The notes beneath the pieces were generated by a model that ran no database searches, was not told the DNA's origin, and was given only the letters and a program-made list of their open reading frames with translations. Made by a program: the position numbers and the translations under genes. A stretch of DNA of 64,000 nt from an uncultured Verrucomicrobiae bacterium (GTDB taxonomy: Bacteria > Verrucomicrobiota > Verrucomicrobiia > Chthoniobacterales > Chthoniobacteraceae): positions 32,001-96,000 of the forward strand of contig CAWHEP010000003.1 of the NCBI GenBank assembly GCA_963828525.1, written 5' to 3'. This document shows positions 34,303-45,001 of the stretch, one piece after another. The number at the start of each line of letters is the position of its first letter. The first letter of the stretch is position 1.

Positions 34303-35882
34303 GGCTTCAACTCCGTCCCGGTGGCAGAATCGCTGATGAGGAATTGTTCGTGGTGGTAGGTGGAGTCGGATTTGAATATGAGCCGTCCGGCGTATTTGCG
34401 CTCGATCTCGACCAGCAACTCTTCATCCTCGGTCCTTAGTCTTTGCAATAAGTGGGGGCTGACCACCACTTTTATGTCGTGGATGGTCTCCTGGTGCTTT
34501 CGCATAACCGCGTGGAGCGTGCGTTGGAGTTCCACGCTCATCGTCATGGCGCTCTTTACGATGCCTTTCCCGCTGCAGTATGGGCAGTTTTCGTAAATTG
34601 AACCGCTCAGACTCTCCTGGGCGCGCTGGCGCGTCATCTCCATGAGACCGAGTTGCGAGATCGGGAGGACATGGCTCTTTGCCTTGTCCCGCTTCAGCCG
34701 CTCTTTCATGCGCGAATAGACCAGCTGTTGGTCGCGCCGGCTCTTCATGTCGATGAAGTCGCCGATGATAAGACCGCCGATATTCCTCAATCGCAACTGG
34801 CGGGCGATCTCGTCCACAGCCTCCAAATTTGTTTGAAGGATCGTCTTCTCGACATCCTTCGCGCCTTTGTTTCGGCCTGTGTTCACGTCGATGGCTATGA
34901 GGGCCTCCGTCTCATCAATCACGATATACCCGCCGCACTTCAGCCAGACTTGCCGGTGAAAAGCGTCGTCAATCTGTTTCTGAACACCATAGCGCTCAAA
35001 GATAGGGGTTGGCTCGGAATACAGCGTCACCCGGTTGCTTGATCGCCGGGAGATTTGGCCAATGAGGGCGCGCATCCGGTCCACGGCCGCCTGATCATCG
35101 CAGACCACCGCTTCGATCTCGTCAGTCAGAAAATCCCGAACCGTGCGATCAATGAGATCAGGCTCGCGGAATACACAACACGGAGCGGGCTTCTCCTTCA
35201 TATTGAGTTCAATGCGCGCCCACTGCTCAAGAAGCAGACTGAGATCGCGGACGAAGTAGCGCGCTCGCTGCCCCTCCCCGACCGTGCGCACAATCACTCC
35301 CATTCCATCGGGCACCTCAAGTTCCTTAAGAATCTTGCGAAGACGCTCACGTTCCTTGGGCGACTCGATCTTGCGCGAAATTCCACTTTGTCCGCCGAAG
35401 GGCATAAGGACGAGGTACCGTCCGGCAAGGCTGATGTTTGTGGTGATGCGCGGACCCTTTGTGCTGATAGGCCCCTTGGTGACGTAAACCAGCACTTCGG
35501 ATCCCACGGGATATATCTGTGGAATGTCCTTGGCTGTGATTCGTTTTTTGTTCTTATCGCCGCCCGGGCGATCCACCTCCTCGACGCCACTGTCGAGCGC
35601 GAGAGGCAGGGCGTCCCAAAAATGTAGGAACGCGTTCTTTTCGAATCCAATATCCACGAACATCGCCTTCAGGCCATGCTCGATATTTTTTACCCGGCCC
35701 TTGAAAATGCTGCCGACAATATTGCGGTCGGTCTCGCGCTCGATGTTGTACTCTTCGAGCTGCCCATTTTCCAGGAGCGCTACGCGTCTCTCAAGTTTTT
35801 CGCAGTTGATTACAAGTTTGTTCCCGGTCTGCCGGGGAGAGATTCCTAACATTCGCTTTACTTTCTCGATCATTAAATTCAT
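34299..35882 (-). CDS. rng: Rne/Rng family ribonuclease
   Basis: S1 domain, IDVNTG, RLRNIGGLIIGDFIDM, EMTRQR, CPYCSG. Confidence 0.92.
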   Translation of the reverse strand: MNLMIEKVKRMLGISPRQTGNKLVINCEKLERRVALLENGQLEEYNIERETDRNIVGSIFKGRVKNIEHGLKAMFVDIGFEKNAFLHFWDALPLALDSGVEEVDRPGGDKNKKRITAKDIPQIYPVGSEVLVYVTKGPISTKGPRITTNISLAGRYLVLMPFGGQSGISRKIESPKERERLRKILKELEVPDGMGVIVRTVGEGQRARYFVRDLSLLLEQWARIELNMKEKPAPCCVFREPDLIDRTVRDFLTDEIEAVVCDDQAAVDRMRALIGQISRRSSNRVTLYSEPTPIFERYGVQKQIDDAFHRQVWLKCGGYIVIDETEALIAIDVNTGRNKGAKDVEKTILQTNLEAVDEIARQLRLRNIGGLIIGDFIDMKSRRDQQLVYSRMKERLKRDKAKSHVLPISQLGLMEMTRQRAQESLSGSIYENCPYCSGKGIVKSAMTMSVELQRTLHAVMRKHQETIHDIKVVVSPHLLQRLRTEDEELLVEIERKYAGRLIFKSDSTYHHEQFLISDSATGTELKP

Positions 35883-35911
35883 GCCTCATACGTTGATGCT
35901 GCCTACTCCGG

Positions 35912-38173
35912 TCAGTGCGCGCCTGAATGCGCGGCAGGGGCGGGGTTGGCAGCGGGTTTTGACTTCGTTCCAAACCATCTTTGGAAAATGTTTCTTCTAT
36001 CGGGTGGCGGTGTCGCCGCGGGCTGTCCGGGCTGCCCCTTCCGATGCACCCTTCCCTGGGCGTCGGGTGTCTGTCTGATCTCGGGCCTGGCCGAAACCTT
36101 GGATTCCTGCGGCTCATCCGCCGCCTGGCTGTTATCTGGAGACTCTTCATCCGCTGGCACCTCCACTGCGGGGCCCGCGTTCTTATAGTCTATCTTAGGC
36201 AACATTTGAAAGGGATTCTGTTTGTGCGCTGGCGTTAGCGACGCCAGCGGGACGGTGTAGGCGCCCGCGTCCATCGCCAGACATTGCTCCAGAATCCTCG
36301 TGGCAATCGGCGCGGCAACCGTCCCGCCGTGCTCGCCGCCTTGAACCATTACCGTCATTGCATACTTGGGATGGTCGTACGGAGCGAAGCACGTGAACCA
36401 TGCAATCGTATCTTTCTTGCCGTTCAACATTGCCTGAGCTGTGCCAGTTTTGCCGGCGACCTGCACATTCTTGATACGCCCGGAGGCTCCGGTGCCGCCT
36501 GCCTCATTGACCACTTTCCACAGACCGTGGCGGACCAGCTCGATCTGTTGCTGGGTAAAGTCTTTGCGCAAGTCCGCCCGAATGCGCGGCGTAGTCGGGA
36601 CCGCCAGGTTCCCATCCTCATCCACCGCCGGTTTCCCTTCAGGCGTGAGCACTTTGTCGATCAGCCGCGGATAGTAGGCGATCCCTCCGTTTGCGACAGT
36701 GGCAGCGACCATCGCCGACTGCAACGGAGTCACAAGGTCGTACCCCTGCCCGATCGACACATTTGCGGTATGCGCGGGACTCCATTTTTCCTGAGGATGA
36801 TGGGCAGTCATCCACACAGGACCTGGCAGCTCGCCGGGCGACTCATCGGTGAGCTCCACCCCGGATTTCGTGCCCAGCCCAAGCATTTTCCCTGTGTCGT
36901 CTATCGCCTGAATGCCCGCCGCATTCCCGTATTGGTAGAAGAACGCGTTACACGAAACCTTGATCGCCTCCGAGAGGCTAAGCGTGCCGTGGGCCCCTCC
37001 CTTTTCCGCGATCCAGCACTTAAAGTAGTGATTTCCATAAGACACTCCTCCCGTGCAGGTGAACTGTTTGTTTGCAAGGCCTTTCCGCAGGCCAGCAAGG
37101 GACGTTACGATTTTGAAGGTTGATCCCGGGGGGAAGGCGCTGATTGCCCGATTGACGAGCGGGTTTGCTTTGTCATCCACAAGGGTAGACCAATCCTTTG
37201 CAGAGATGCTCGGGATAAAGGTGTTCGGATCGTACGAGGGGACCGATGCCATCGCTAGGATGTTACCATTATTCGGGTCCACCATCACAACGGCTGCTCG
37301 CCCCGCCGCGCGCAGAGCTTCTTCCACGATATATTGGATGCGGGCGTCGATAGTGAGGTAGACGTTATCGCCTGGCTTCGGAGGTTCCCGGCTGCTTTCT
37401 CCTTCGATCACGTTCTTCACGCTGCGCTGAAGGACACGCTTGCCCGGGCTTCCCCTAAGGTACTTGTCCATGTAAAGTTCCACCTGCGATTTGCCCTCCA
37501 CATCAGGCTGGTAAAAGTTGAATTGGCGGGCGTCCGGGAGTTTGTCGATGTCCAGTGGCGATCCGACATACCCAAGAAGATGCGCCGCGAGCGCTCCATA
37601 CAGGTATTGTCTTACAGGCTTCGGAGAAATATCCACGCCCGGCAAACCAACGTCGTGCTCACAGAATTTAGCGATCGTGGGAAAGTCTATGTCTTCTAGA
37701 TAGGTGAAGGGCACCTGGTCTTCGATCCGGTAGTGCCTCTGCAGGGAATCGGCGCTGTAATCCTTTGCAAGATCAAGATCCTCCAGCCGGGGAATGACTG
37801 CCGTGTTCACGATCTGCACGATGTTCGCGATCTCATGCTTGGCCATCATCCCTTTCACGGGAGCGTAGAATGTGACTTTCGGCGGCGCCCCTATCTTTTG
37901 TTTGTAGCCGCGCACCATGTCCGGCAGGTAAAAGTCCACCTCGTAACTCGCGCGGTTCGTCACGAGGGTCAGTCCGTTGCGGTCGCGAATCTCCCCGCGA
38001 ACCGATGGGATGCGGACGGTGACTTGTGTTCGGGAACCGATTTTCTTCGTCCACTCCGCGCCGTGAGCAACTTGCACCCACCAGAGGCGCGCGACGATTC
38101 CAAATACGCCACAGAGGATGAGCAGAGCCAGAACGTGGATGCGCAACTCGATGCTGACTCTTCGCCTGGCCAT
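35912..38173 (-). CDS. mrdA: Penicillin-binding protein 2
   Basis: Start MARRRVS; RGEIRDRNG, PGSTFK, SCN, KTGT; in the mre operon. Confidence 0.93.
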   Translation of the reverse strand: MARRRVSIELRIHVLALLILCGVFGIVARLWWVQVAHGAEWTKKIGSRTQVTVRIPSVRGEIRDRNGLTLVTNRASYEVDFYLPDMVRGYKQKIGAPPKVTFYAPVKGMMAKHEIANIVQIVNTAVIPRLEDLDLAKDYSADSLQRHYRIEDQVPFTYLEDIDFPTIAKFCEHDVGLPGVDISPKPVRQYLYGALAAHLLGYVGSPLDIDKLPDARQFNFYQPDVEGKSQVELYMDKYLRGSPGKRVLQRSVKNVIEGESSREPPKPGDNVYLTIDARIQYIVEEALRAAGRAAVVMVDPNNGNILAMASVPSYDPNTFIPSISAKDWSTLVDDKANPLVNRAISAFPPGSTFKIVTSLAGLRKGLANKQFTCTGGVSYGNHYFKCWIAEKGGAHGTLSLSEAIKVSCNAFFYQYGNAAGIQAIDDTGKMLGLGTKSGVELTDESPGELPGPVWMTAHHPQEKWSPAHTANVSIGQGYDLVTPLQSAMVAATVANGGIAYYPRLIDKVLTPEGKPAVDEDGNLAVPTTPRIRADLRKDFTQQQIELVRHGLWKVVNEAGGTGASGRIKNVQVAGKTGTAQAMLNGKKDTIAWFTCFAPYDHPKYAMTVMVQGGEHGGTVAAPIATRILEQCLAMDAGAYTVPLASLTPAHKQNPFQMLPKIDYKNAGPAVEVPADEESPDNSQAADEPQESKVSARPEIRQTPDAQGRVHRKGQPGQPAATPPPDRRNIFQRWFGTKSKPAANPAPAAHSGAH

Positions 38174-38174
38174 G

Positions 38175-38750
38175 CTAGTCAGCCGTCCTTTTCGCGTGGT
38201 GCGGGTTAAAACCCACCAGAGTAGCCACGAAGTTGAGCAAAAAGAAAAACACTGGAGAAAGAAGGATCGCCATAAGTCCAGCCCCACCCACTCGCCACCA
38301 GACCTCGTTTGAGAAGAAGGGCTCGCCTCGGCGGAAGGTTATCATCAAGAACTCCGCCAGAACGATCAAGGACGTGCAGACACCGCTCAGGAGGCAATGA
38401 ATTTCCCACCTGCCGCGCTGGAACAAAGGGCGGAAGCCACTCATGATGGAGCCGAGCGCCGCATAGAGGATTATTGACCATCCGAGGGAGATTTCAACAT
38501 TGGAAGCCACTGGCAGGCCTGTGGCGAAGTCCCTCACGAAACTAATTTGCGCCGTCATGGCGTCCCACATGAAGCCCGACGCGAAAGCAAGAATAAGCAT
38601 TGCCCAGAACGGAAACGCGAGCGCTCCGTAAAAAAGAACAATGGGCATGAGAAGAACTCTAGCTCCGTGGAGCCACTCCATAGGAGCGATAAACTGCTGG
38701 CCGATAAGCGACAGCAACAGAGATCCTAGCAGGACAAGAAAGAAGATCAT
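38175..38750 (-). CDS. mreD: MreD-like membrane protein
   Basis: Multi-TM protein positioned between mreC and mrdA; assignment mainly by position. Confidence 0.7.
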   Translation of the reverse strand: MIFFLVLLGSLLLSLIGQQFIAPMEWLHGARVLLMPIVLFYGALAFPFWAMLILAFASGFMWDAMTAQISFVRDFATGLPVASNVEISLGWSIILYAALGSIMSGFRPLFQRGRWEIHCLLSGVCTSLIVLAEFLMITFRRGEPFFSNEVWWRVGGAGLMAILLSPVFFFLLNFVATLVGFNPHHAKRTAD

Positions 38751-39550
38751 CTTTTGCCAAAAACCACGAAGACATCTTCGATGGTGGAAAGATCGACTGC
38801 GGGGATGATTGTAGCGTAACCGTCGAGTTCACGCTTCTTGAACTCCTTGATTACCCCAATGAAGATGCCGGGCGGGAAGACGGTTCCAGCGCCCGAAGTA
38901 AAAACTTTCTGACCGGGTTTCAGGTCGGCGTCTTTTGACAGGAAAATCAGGCTGATTTGGGGCTGCACGTTGCTGGATGTCCTTTCCCCTTTTACGATCC
39001 CCTGCCAGTGCGTGCCTTCCACGGTCGCTCCAACCTTGCAGCTTTCATCAGAGATCAGGACGACCGTCGCGGAATTGCCAGCCACGGTGGTTGTCTTGCC
39101 GACGAGCCCGTCCTCGGTCAGCACCGGCATGTCAATCTCGACTCCATCTTCGACCCCGCGGTCTATTCTGATCGTGTTCCACCACGTCGAGGAATCACGG
39201 GCGATGATCCGGGCGGGCACCAGATTGAAAGCCGCTCGTTCGCGATATTCCAGAGCATGACGAAGCCTGTTGTTCTCCTGTTCGATGTCCCGGAGTGTCT
39301 GATTTATGGCTTTAAGCTCCTTATTCTCTACCAGGAGCGCTTTGTTATCCTGTTCCAGCTGGGTGAGGGTCTTCAAGCCTTCATGGAAGGCGACGACGCG
39401 CTGTTGCACCGACGAGCCTGTTTTTAGGAAGGGAGAAATCATTCCAAGGAACGCGGACTGCACCTTTTGCGTGTTGCGCGGACTTAGCGCGAGCAAGCCG
39501 CCGACAGCACAGACAAAGATAACAAGCGCCGCAATGTTATAACGGCGCAT
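38747..39550 (-). CDS. mreC: Rod shape-determining protein MreC
   Basis: TM, coiled coil ENNRLR, IDRG, GLVG, TSG..FPPG. Confidence 0.93.
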   Translation of the reverse strand: MRRYNIAALVIFVCAVGGLLALSPRNTQKVQSAFLGMISPFLKTGSSVQQRVVAFHEGLKTLTQLEQDNKALLVENKELKAINQTLRDIEQENNRLRHALEYRERAAFNLVPARIIARDSSTWWNTIRIDRGVEDGVEIDMPVLTEDGLVGKTTTVAGNSATVVLISDESCKVGATVEGTHWQGIVKGERTSSNVQPQISLIFLSKDADLKPGQKVFTSGAGTVFPPGIFIGVIKEFKKRELDGYATIIPAVDLSTIEDVFVVFGKR

Positions 39551-39639
39551 GCGCGGCGATCCCCGGTTTGTGTGCCGGCGACCTTGAAGGGTTTAAATCT
39601 CTCACTGCTGCGGAACCGGCGCTACCGGTCGAAAGGCCG

Positions 39640-40677
39640 TTAACGCCATTGACGGTCCGTCGTCGCAACCTGCTTGAGAAACTTGATCTCGCTGAGCGCC
39701 CGTCCGGTGCCCTCCGCAACAGCGCTCAGCGGGTCTTCGGCAACATGCACGGGCAGGCCAGTCTCCTCTGTCAGGAGTTTGTCGAGCCCTCGAAGCAAGG
39801 CGCCGCCACCCGCGAGCACCAATCCTCTATCCACCAAATCCGCGGAGAGCTCGGGTGGGCAGCGCTCCAACGTGACGCGGACAGAATCAACGATAGTGGA
39901 AATCGGTTCGAGCAATGCCTCCCGGACTTCCTGAGAGGTGATTGAGAGAGTTTTCGGGAGACCAGCGACGAGATCACGCCCCTTTACCTCCATCGTTGTC
40001 TCTTTTTCAATTGGGTAAGCGGAGCCTATCTTGATCTTGATCTCCTCGGCGGTGCGTTCCCCGATCATCAGGTTGTAAGCTCTCTTCATGTACTGGATGA
40101 TTGCTTCATCCAGCTCATCGCCGGCCACCCTGACGCTGCGGCTGAACACGATTCCCGACAATGAAATAAGGGCTACTTCGGTAGTGCCGCCGCCGATGTC
40201 GATTATCATGTTGCCGGCAGCATCCTGGACGGGGAGACCGACGCCAATCGCGGCGGCCATCGGTTCCTCAATGAGATACACTTCGCGAGCGCCCGCTCTT
40301 GTCGCGGAATCCTTGACCGCGCGCTTTTCGACTTCTGTGATACCAGAAGGGACAGCGATCACTACCCGGGGCCGAACCATCTTCCGGCGGTTGTGCACTT
40401 TGCTGATGAAATGCCGGAGCATTGCTTCGGTTACTTCAAAGTCCGCGATAACCCCATCCTTCAGCGGACGAATCGCCACTATATTCCCGGGTGTCCGCCC
40501 AAGCATCCGCTTGGCTTCGTCTCCTACGGCGAGAACTTTGTTGGTGCCTGCCTGAACAGCGACGACGGACGGTTCACGTAGAACAATCCCGTGGTCGCGC
40601 ACGTAAACAAGGGTATTGGCAGTACCCAGATCAATGCCGATGTCATTTGAAAAAAGACCAAAAAGCCCGTTAAACAT
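39640..40677 (-). CDS. mreB: Rod shape-determining protein MreB
   Basis: [26 protein letters not shown]. Confidence 0.97.
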   Translation of the reverse strand: MFNGLFGLFSNDIGIDLGTANTLVYVRDHGIVLREPSVVAVQAGTNKVLAVGDEAKRMLGRTPGNIVAIRPLKDGVIADFEVTEAMLRHFISKVHNRRKMVRPRVVIAVPSGITEVEKRAVKDSATRAGAREVYLIEEPMAAAIGVGLPVQDAAGNMIIDIGGGTTEVALISLSGIVFSRSVRVAGDELDEAIIQYMKRAYNLMIGERTAEEIKIKIGSAYPIEKETTMEVKGRDLVAGLPKTLSITSQEVREALLEPISTIVDSVRVTLERCPPELSADLVDRGLVLAGGGALLRGLDKLLTEETGLPVHVAEDPLSAVAEGTGRALSEIKFLKQVATTDRQWR

Positions 40678-40853
40678 TCAGAAAACCTCTTCTTTGATTG
40701 TGAAATAGATACACGATTCTCAATGACCGTCCGCAAAAATCTCAGCGCTGCCGGGAACAATAGTCGCTTCCCTTTTGAAGGGGTGAGAACTCGCGTCATC
40801 GGAAGCGCCAGTTATGTAGAAAGACGCCATTACGGTAGTCAAGGGAAAGATGG

Positions 40854-41792
40854 GTGTTCCATAGCGGAATGACAAGACTCCGTCCAGAGGGAAACGCAAC
40901 AGGTATGCGAGAGGACAGCGTCCCTCGACGCTTTTGGCCCGCGATTCGAGGTGGGGCGGCTGCGGTGCAGACCCTCAGTGTCTACGGGGCCGCGGCGATC
41001 GCGAGCTTCGGATGGGCTTTGGGCAAACTGCTCCACTTCGAGACTGCCCGCTATATTCCGCTTTGGTTTTCGGCGGCTCTCTTCGTTTATAACGTCGATC
41101 GCATCAGGTCCGATCCGGCCGACTCTGTGAACATCCCGCGACGCCATCGCGAGAGCATCCGTCTGCGAGGGGTCGCCACAGGAGTCGTCATCGGGTCTGG
41201 TTGCGCGCTTGTATTGATTCCGCTCCTCACCCAGGACTGGATGACGCTCGGACTTGCGGTGTGTGGAAGCGCAGTCTGCCTGAACTACTCCGTTCCTCTG
41301 CTGGGCTCGCGCTTGAAGGATATCCCGCTGCTCAAGACGTTTTTTGCGCCAACGCTGGTTTCTGCCGCCTTCTTTGGCCTCCCGCTCTTGCATCATAGAT
41401 TGACGCTGGCATCCTCGTTTCCACGCTATGTCGCCGCCTGGACATGGATGTTTCTCCTCTTCAATATGATCCTGTGCGACCTGAGAGACATCAAGGGTGA
41501 TAAGCGCGAGCGAACACTGAGCGTTCCGGTTGTGCTCGGCGCAAGGCGCACCTTTTGGGTCCTTTGCAGTATTCTCGTGCTGCTGTGCGTAATGAGCGTC
41601 GCAGCCGCGCGGGGAACTCCCATGGATCGAGAACGCGATTGCGCATTCATTTCCTTCGCGTCTCTCGCGTACTTGTCCATCCTGGCCATTGCCGCGCGTA
41701 AGACGAGGTCGGAAGCCTTTTACGAGTGGTGTGTCGAGGGAATGATTTTCCTCCCTGCCGTGTTGACTCTGGTGTCTGAAATCAGACTCTAA
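40854..41792 (+). CDS. UbiA-superfamily membrane prenyltransferase
   Basis: YNVDRI...D and CDLRDIKGD Asp-rich motifs, LKDIPLLK, multi-TM; start uncertain. Confidence 0.8.
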   Translation: MFHSGMTRLRPEGNATGMREDSVPRRFWPAIRGGAAAVQTLSVYGAAAIASFGWALGKLLHFETARYIPLWFSAALFVYNVDRIRSDPADSVNIPRRHRESIRLRGVATGVVIGSGCALVLIPLLTQDWMTLGLAVCGSAVCLNYSVPLLGSRLKDIPLLKTFFAPTLVSAAFFGLPLLHHRLTLASSFPRYVAAWTWMFLLFNMILCDLRDIKGDKRERTLSVPVVLGARRTFWVLCSILVLLCVMSVAAARGTPMDRERDCAFISFASLAYLSILAIAARKTRSEAFYEWCVEGMIFLPAVLTLVSEIRL

Positions 41793-41900
41793 GGGCCTAT
41801 CCGGCGTGAAAGTACATGACTCGGGCAGTCCAAAACGCCTCGTTGGGACGTAGAACAGGGTGAATTGACTTAAAAGGAACAAGGCCTTTATCTCTTAGTT

Positions 41901-42926
41901 GTGAAATCTTTCACAAACATCGCCAAGAAACCGACTGAGGGTGCTCTGAAGATCAAACAGGCGTTTGAGCTGATCAACACTCAGCTCTACAGCGTAGAGG
42001 AGCGCATCCGAAGCCAGGCGCGTGAATTCGACCCAGCCGTGGATGGGTACATTGCTTATGCTTGTGAAAGCAACGGGAAGAGGTTGCGGCCTGCTCTCGC
42101 TCTCCTCGCGGGTGGCGCGACAGGAAATATTTGTCCAAGTCATCTCGATCTGGCAGTCGTCCTGGAGCTGATCCATGCGGCCACTCTCGTCCACGATGAC
42201 ATCATCGATGGCGCGGACAAGCGGCGGGGGCAGCCCACCGCGAACGCCAAGTGGGGAAACACGATCAGCGTTCTTCTAGGGGACTGCCTCTTCGCGCATG
42301 CCTTGAAGCTCTCGACGAACTTTTCCAACGGCGAGATCAGCCGCCGCATCGCGAGCGCTGCATCGGACGTGTGCTCCGGCGAGATCATTCAAACCCAGCG
42401 CCGGTTCGATCTCAAGCTTGGCCTGGCAGACTATTATAAGATCATCGAAATGAAAACGGCGGCCCTGTTTTCCGCGGCAACAGAGCTGGGCGCCTTCATC
42501 AATGAGGCTTCCCCGGAGATTATCTCCTCCATGAAACTGTTCGGCGCGAAATTCGGCATCGCCTATCAGATCTACGATGATTGCCTGGACATCGCGGGCA
42601 CGGAGAGTTCAGCGGGGAAGACGCTGGGATCCGACTTGCGGAAAGGGAAGCTCACGCTCCCCATACTGCATGTCCTTGCTGTCTCGACCGAGGTTGAACG
42701 CCATGACTTGAGCGCGGCCATCCTCCGCGGGAACGCCGACGACGTTAAAGCGTTGGGCGAGGCTACGTTGCGCGAGGGGGGCCTGGATGCCGCCGTGTCC
42801 GCGGGAGCCAAGCTTCTGCTGGAGGCGGATCACCTGCTTACAGGACTTCCGGCAAGCAGATACCGAGACGGTCTCCGCGATCTCGCGATGTCCCTGAAGG
42901 AGCTGATCGCGAGCTTTACGAGTTGA
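41901..42926 (+). CDS. Polyprenyl diphosphate synthase
   Basis: GKRLRP, HDDIID..RRG (FARM), KT, YQIYDDCLD (SARM). Confidence 0.93.
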   Translation: MKSFTNIAKKPTEGALKIKQAFELINTQLYSVEERIRSQAREFDPAVDGYIAYACESNGKRLRPALALLAGGATGNICPSHLDLAVVLELIHAATLVHDDIIDGADKRRGQPTANAKWGNTISVLLGDCLFAHALKLSTNFSNGEISRRIASAASDVCSGEIIQTQRRFDLKLGLADYYKIIEMKTAALFSAATELGAFINEASPEIISSMKLFGAKFGIAYQIYDDCLDIAGTESSAGKTLGSDLRKGKLTLPILHVLAVSTEVERHDLSAAILRGNADDVKALGEATLREGGLDAAVSAGAKLLLEADHLLTGLPASRYRDGLRDLAMSLKELIASFTS

Positions 42927-42983
42927 CGAGAGTTCGCGGGTTCTGCTTGCTTGCCCCTGCCTGAAGCAGGCACGGAGACGTCC

Positions 42984-43673
42984 ATGCAGAGAATAAATGA
43001 GATGCCATCGCAGGATCGGCCACGAGAGCGCATGCTTGAACATGGCGCGGTGGCGCTCAGCGACAGTGAACTCATCGCGATCCTGCTGAGGACAGGCATT
43101 GTCGGAACGAACGCTGTGGAGCTGGCGAGTCAGCTCCTCACCCGTTACAAAACCCTGACAGCGCTTTCGCGCGCCTCCGCCAGGGAACTTGCTGGTATCA
43201 AGGGGATTGGCCCCGCGAAAGGCGTGCAACTCGCGGCGGCTTTCGGCCTCGGGAGCCGGCTGGCGCGCGAAGCCGTGGTGAAACAGAAAATTGATTCTCC
43301 AGAGCTGATCTACGAGTTGGTGGGAACGGAAATGCAAGGACTGCGTCTCGAGGTTCTGAAGGTGATCCTTCTCGATACCCGTTACAATCTGCTGCGTGTT
43401 GAACCCATCTCGAGCGGAAGCCTGAATGAGAGCATCGCGCATCCTCGCGAAGTATTCAGGCCCGCCCTTGTCTATTCCGCCTATGCGGTCGCCGTGGTTC
43501 ACAACCACCCCTCTGGCGACCCCTCCCCCAGTGACGCGGACATCCGCCTCACGCGGCGCCTCGCTGAGGCAGCGGGGATTTTACAGATCAAACTCCTGGA
43601 TCACGTGATAATAGGAGCCCCCAACACCGGGAAGAAAGCTTACTACAGCTTCAAAGAAACCGGTGTCCTTTAG
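42984..43673 (+). CDS. radC: RadC/JAB domain protein
   Basis: RPRER, LSDSELIAILLRTG, HNHPSG..PS.AD, LLDHVII. Confidence 0.93.
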   Translation: MQRINEMPSQDRPRERMLEHGAVALSDSELIAILLRTGIVGTNAVELASQLLTRYKTLTALSRASARELAGIKGIGPAKGVQLAAAFGLGSRLAREAVVKQKIDSPELIYELVGTEMQGLRLEVLKVILLDTRYNLLRVEPISSGSLNESIAHPREVFRPALVYSAYAVAVVHNHPSGDPSPSDADIRLTRRLAEAAGILQIKLLDHVIIGAPNTGKKAYYSFKETGVL

Positions 43674-43679
43674 GAGAAG

Positions 43680-44984
43680 CTAGGCAGAGACGGCGAGTTG
43701 CTCGACCGCGCTATTCGCATAGCTAGCGGCGCCATGCGTCCAATGGTGAGGCAGGATGCACACTGCAAAATCGCGGGCGGGCACGGTTCCGGCACCCGCT
43801 ACGTTCTCCGGCTCGACATCGAATGTCGCGCAATGGTCTATGTGATCCGCCATGAGGTTGCCGCGCAGAATCGAAAGGTTCACGTAACAGCGGCCAGCGG
43901 TCATGTTGATCGGACCGGAGACGCATGTGACGGAGCCTTCCGCTGGCAGCGTTTCAGGAAGTCCATGCACGGAATCACTGTCAAACAGGTAGATACCGGT
44001 GTTTCTGAAATCATATACTGCGACACGAAATCGAGGGAATTTTAGGGCCTTGGATGCCTTATAGGACATCGTGACCTTCAGTCGGCTGGTTGAACGGATG
44101 AGTTCGACCGATTCTTCGCTTTCAATCTGGATGGAGGTAAGCCTGGCTTCCCCGTCTCCCTGGCGATCCTGCCGCTCGCTTAAGTCCACAACTTCTCGAG
44201 AGCTTGCAGACTGCAGATACTGCCGCACCACCTGGTCGGCCGGTCCACTGTCCGCCAGACGTCCCCCGTCCAGCACAATCGCGCGCCCGCATAATGAGAG
44301 GATGGATGCCATATTATGGCTCACCAGAAGCACCGTCCGTCCCTGCCTGGCCACATCCCCCATTTTTCCGAGACACTTCTTCTGAAACGCAGAGTCACCC
44401 ACCGCAAGCACCTCATCGACAAGCAGGATTTCCGGTTCAAGATGGGCAGCCACTGCAAACGCAAGCCGCACATACATTCCGCTGGAGTACCGCTTCACGG
44501 GGGTATCGATAAAGTCGCGGATCTCCGCAAACTCCACGATCTCGTCGAATTTACGCGTGATCTCAGTCCGCTTCATTCCCAGCATCGCGCCATTGAGATA
44601 GATGTTTTCGCGGCCTGGAAGATCGGGATGAAAGCCGGTGCCCACTTCCAGGAGAGAGGTGACGCGGCCTCGGAGAGTGGCTTTGCCGGATGAAGGCTCC
44701 GTAATGCGGGAGAGAATTTTCAGAAGAGTGGATTTTCCAGCTCCATTCCTGCCCACCAGTCCCACCACTTCCCCTGGCGCGACGGAGAAAGACACATCTC
44801 TGAGAGCCCAGAAAGACTTTGTGACCTGATTCAAGCGATCCGCCCCAGCCGAAGCGCGTGCGCTGCCCCTGCTTCCCACTCGCTCCCACAAGCGCGTCCA
44901 CGAGTCGCGGATGCTTGTTGAACCGATGCTGCCGAGCGTGTACATTTTGCTCAGCGAATTGACTTCTATTATCGGTCGAGACAT
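43680..44984 (-). CDS. wzt: Polysaccharide ABC exporter ATPase with Wzt C-terminal domain
   Basis: FWALRDVSF, GRNGAGKS, YSSGM, DEVLAVGD; start MSRPIIEV. Confidence 0.9.
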   Translation of the reverse strand: MSRPIIEVNSLSKMYTLGSIGSTSIRDSWTRLWERVGSRGSARASAGADRLNQVTKSFWALRDVSFSVAPGEVVGLVGRNGAGKSTLLKILSRITEPSSGKATLRGRVTSLLEVGTGFHPDLPGRENIYLNGAMLGMKRTEITRKFDEIVEFAEIRDFIDTPVKRYSSGMYVRLAFAVAAHLEPEILLVDEVLAVGDSAFQKKCLGKMGDVARQGRTVLLVSHNMASILSLCGRAIVLDGGRLADSGPADQVVRQYLQSASSREVVDLSERQDRQGDGEARLTSIQIESEESVELIRSTSRLKVTMSYKASKALKFPRFRVAVYDFRNTGIYLFDSDSVHGLPETLPAEGSVTCVSGPINMTAGRCYVNLSILRGNLMADHIDHCATFDVEPENVAGAGTVPARDFAVCILPHHWTHGAASYANSAVEQLAVSA

Positions 44985-45001
44985 TTCAGGGAAATCAGCG
45001 T

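Noticed and set aside
40839..41882. 347-aa minus-strand ORF
   Set aside because: Antisense to the UbiA-like gene. Like most other overlapping ORFs in the track, it is a high-GC shadow frame.
42984..43673. radC as a marker of a mobile element
   Set aside because: It is the full-length chromosomal type in a housekeeping context, with no integrase or transfer genes.
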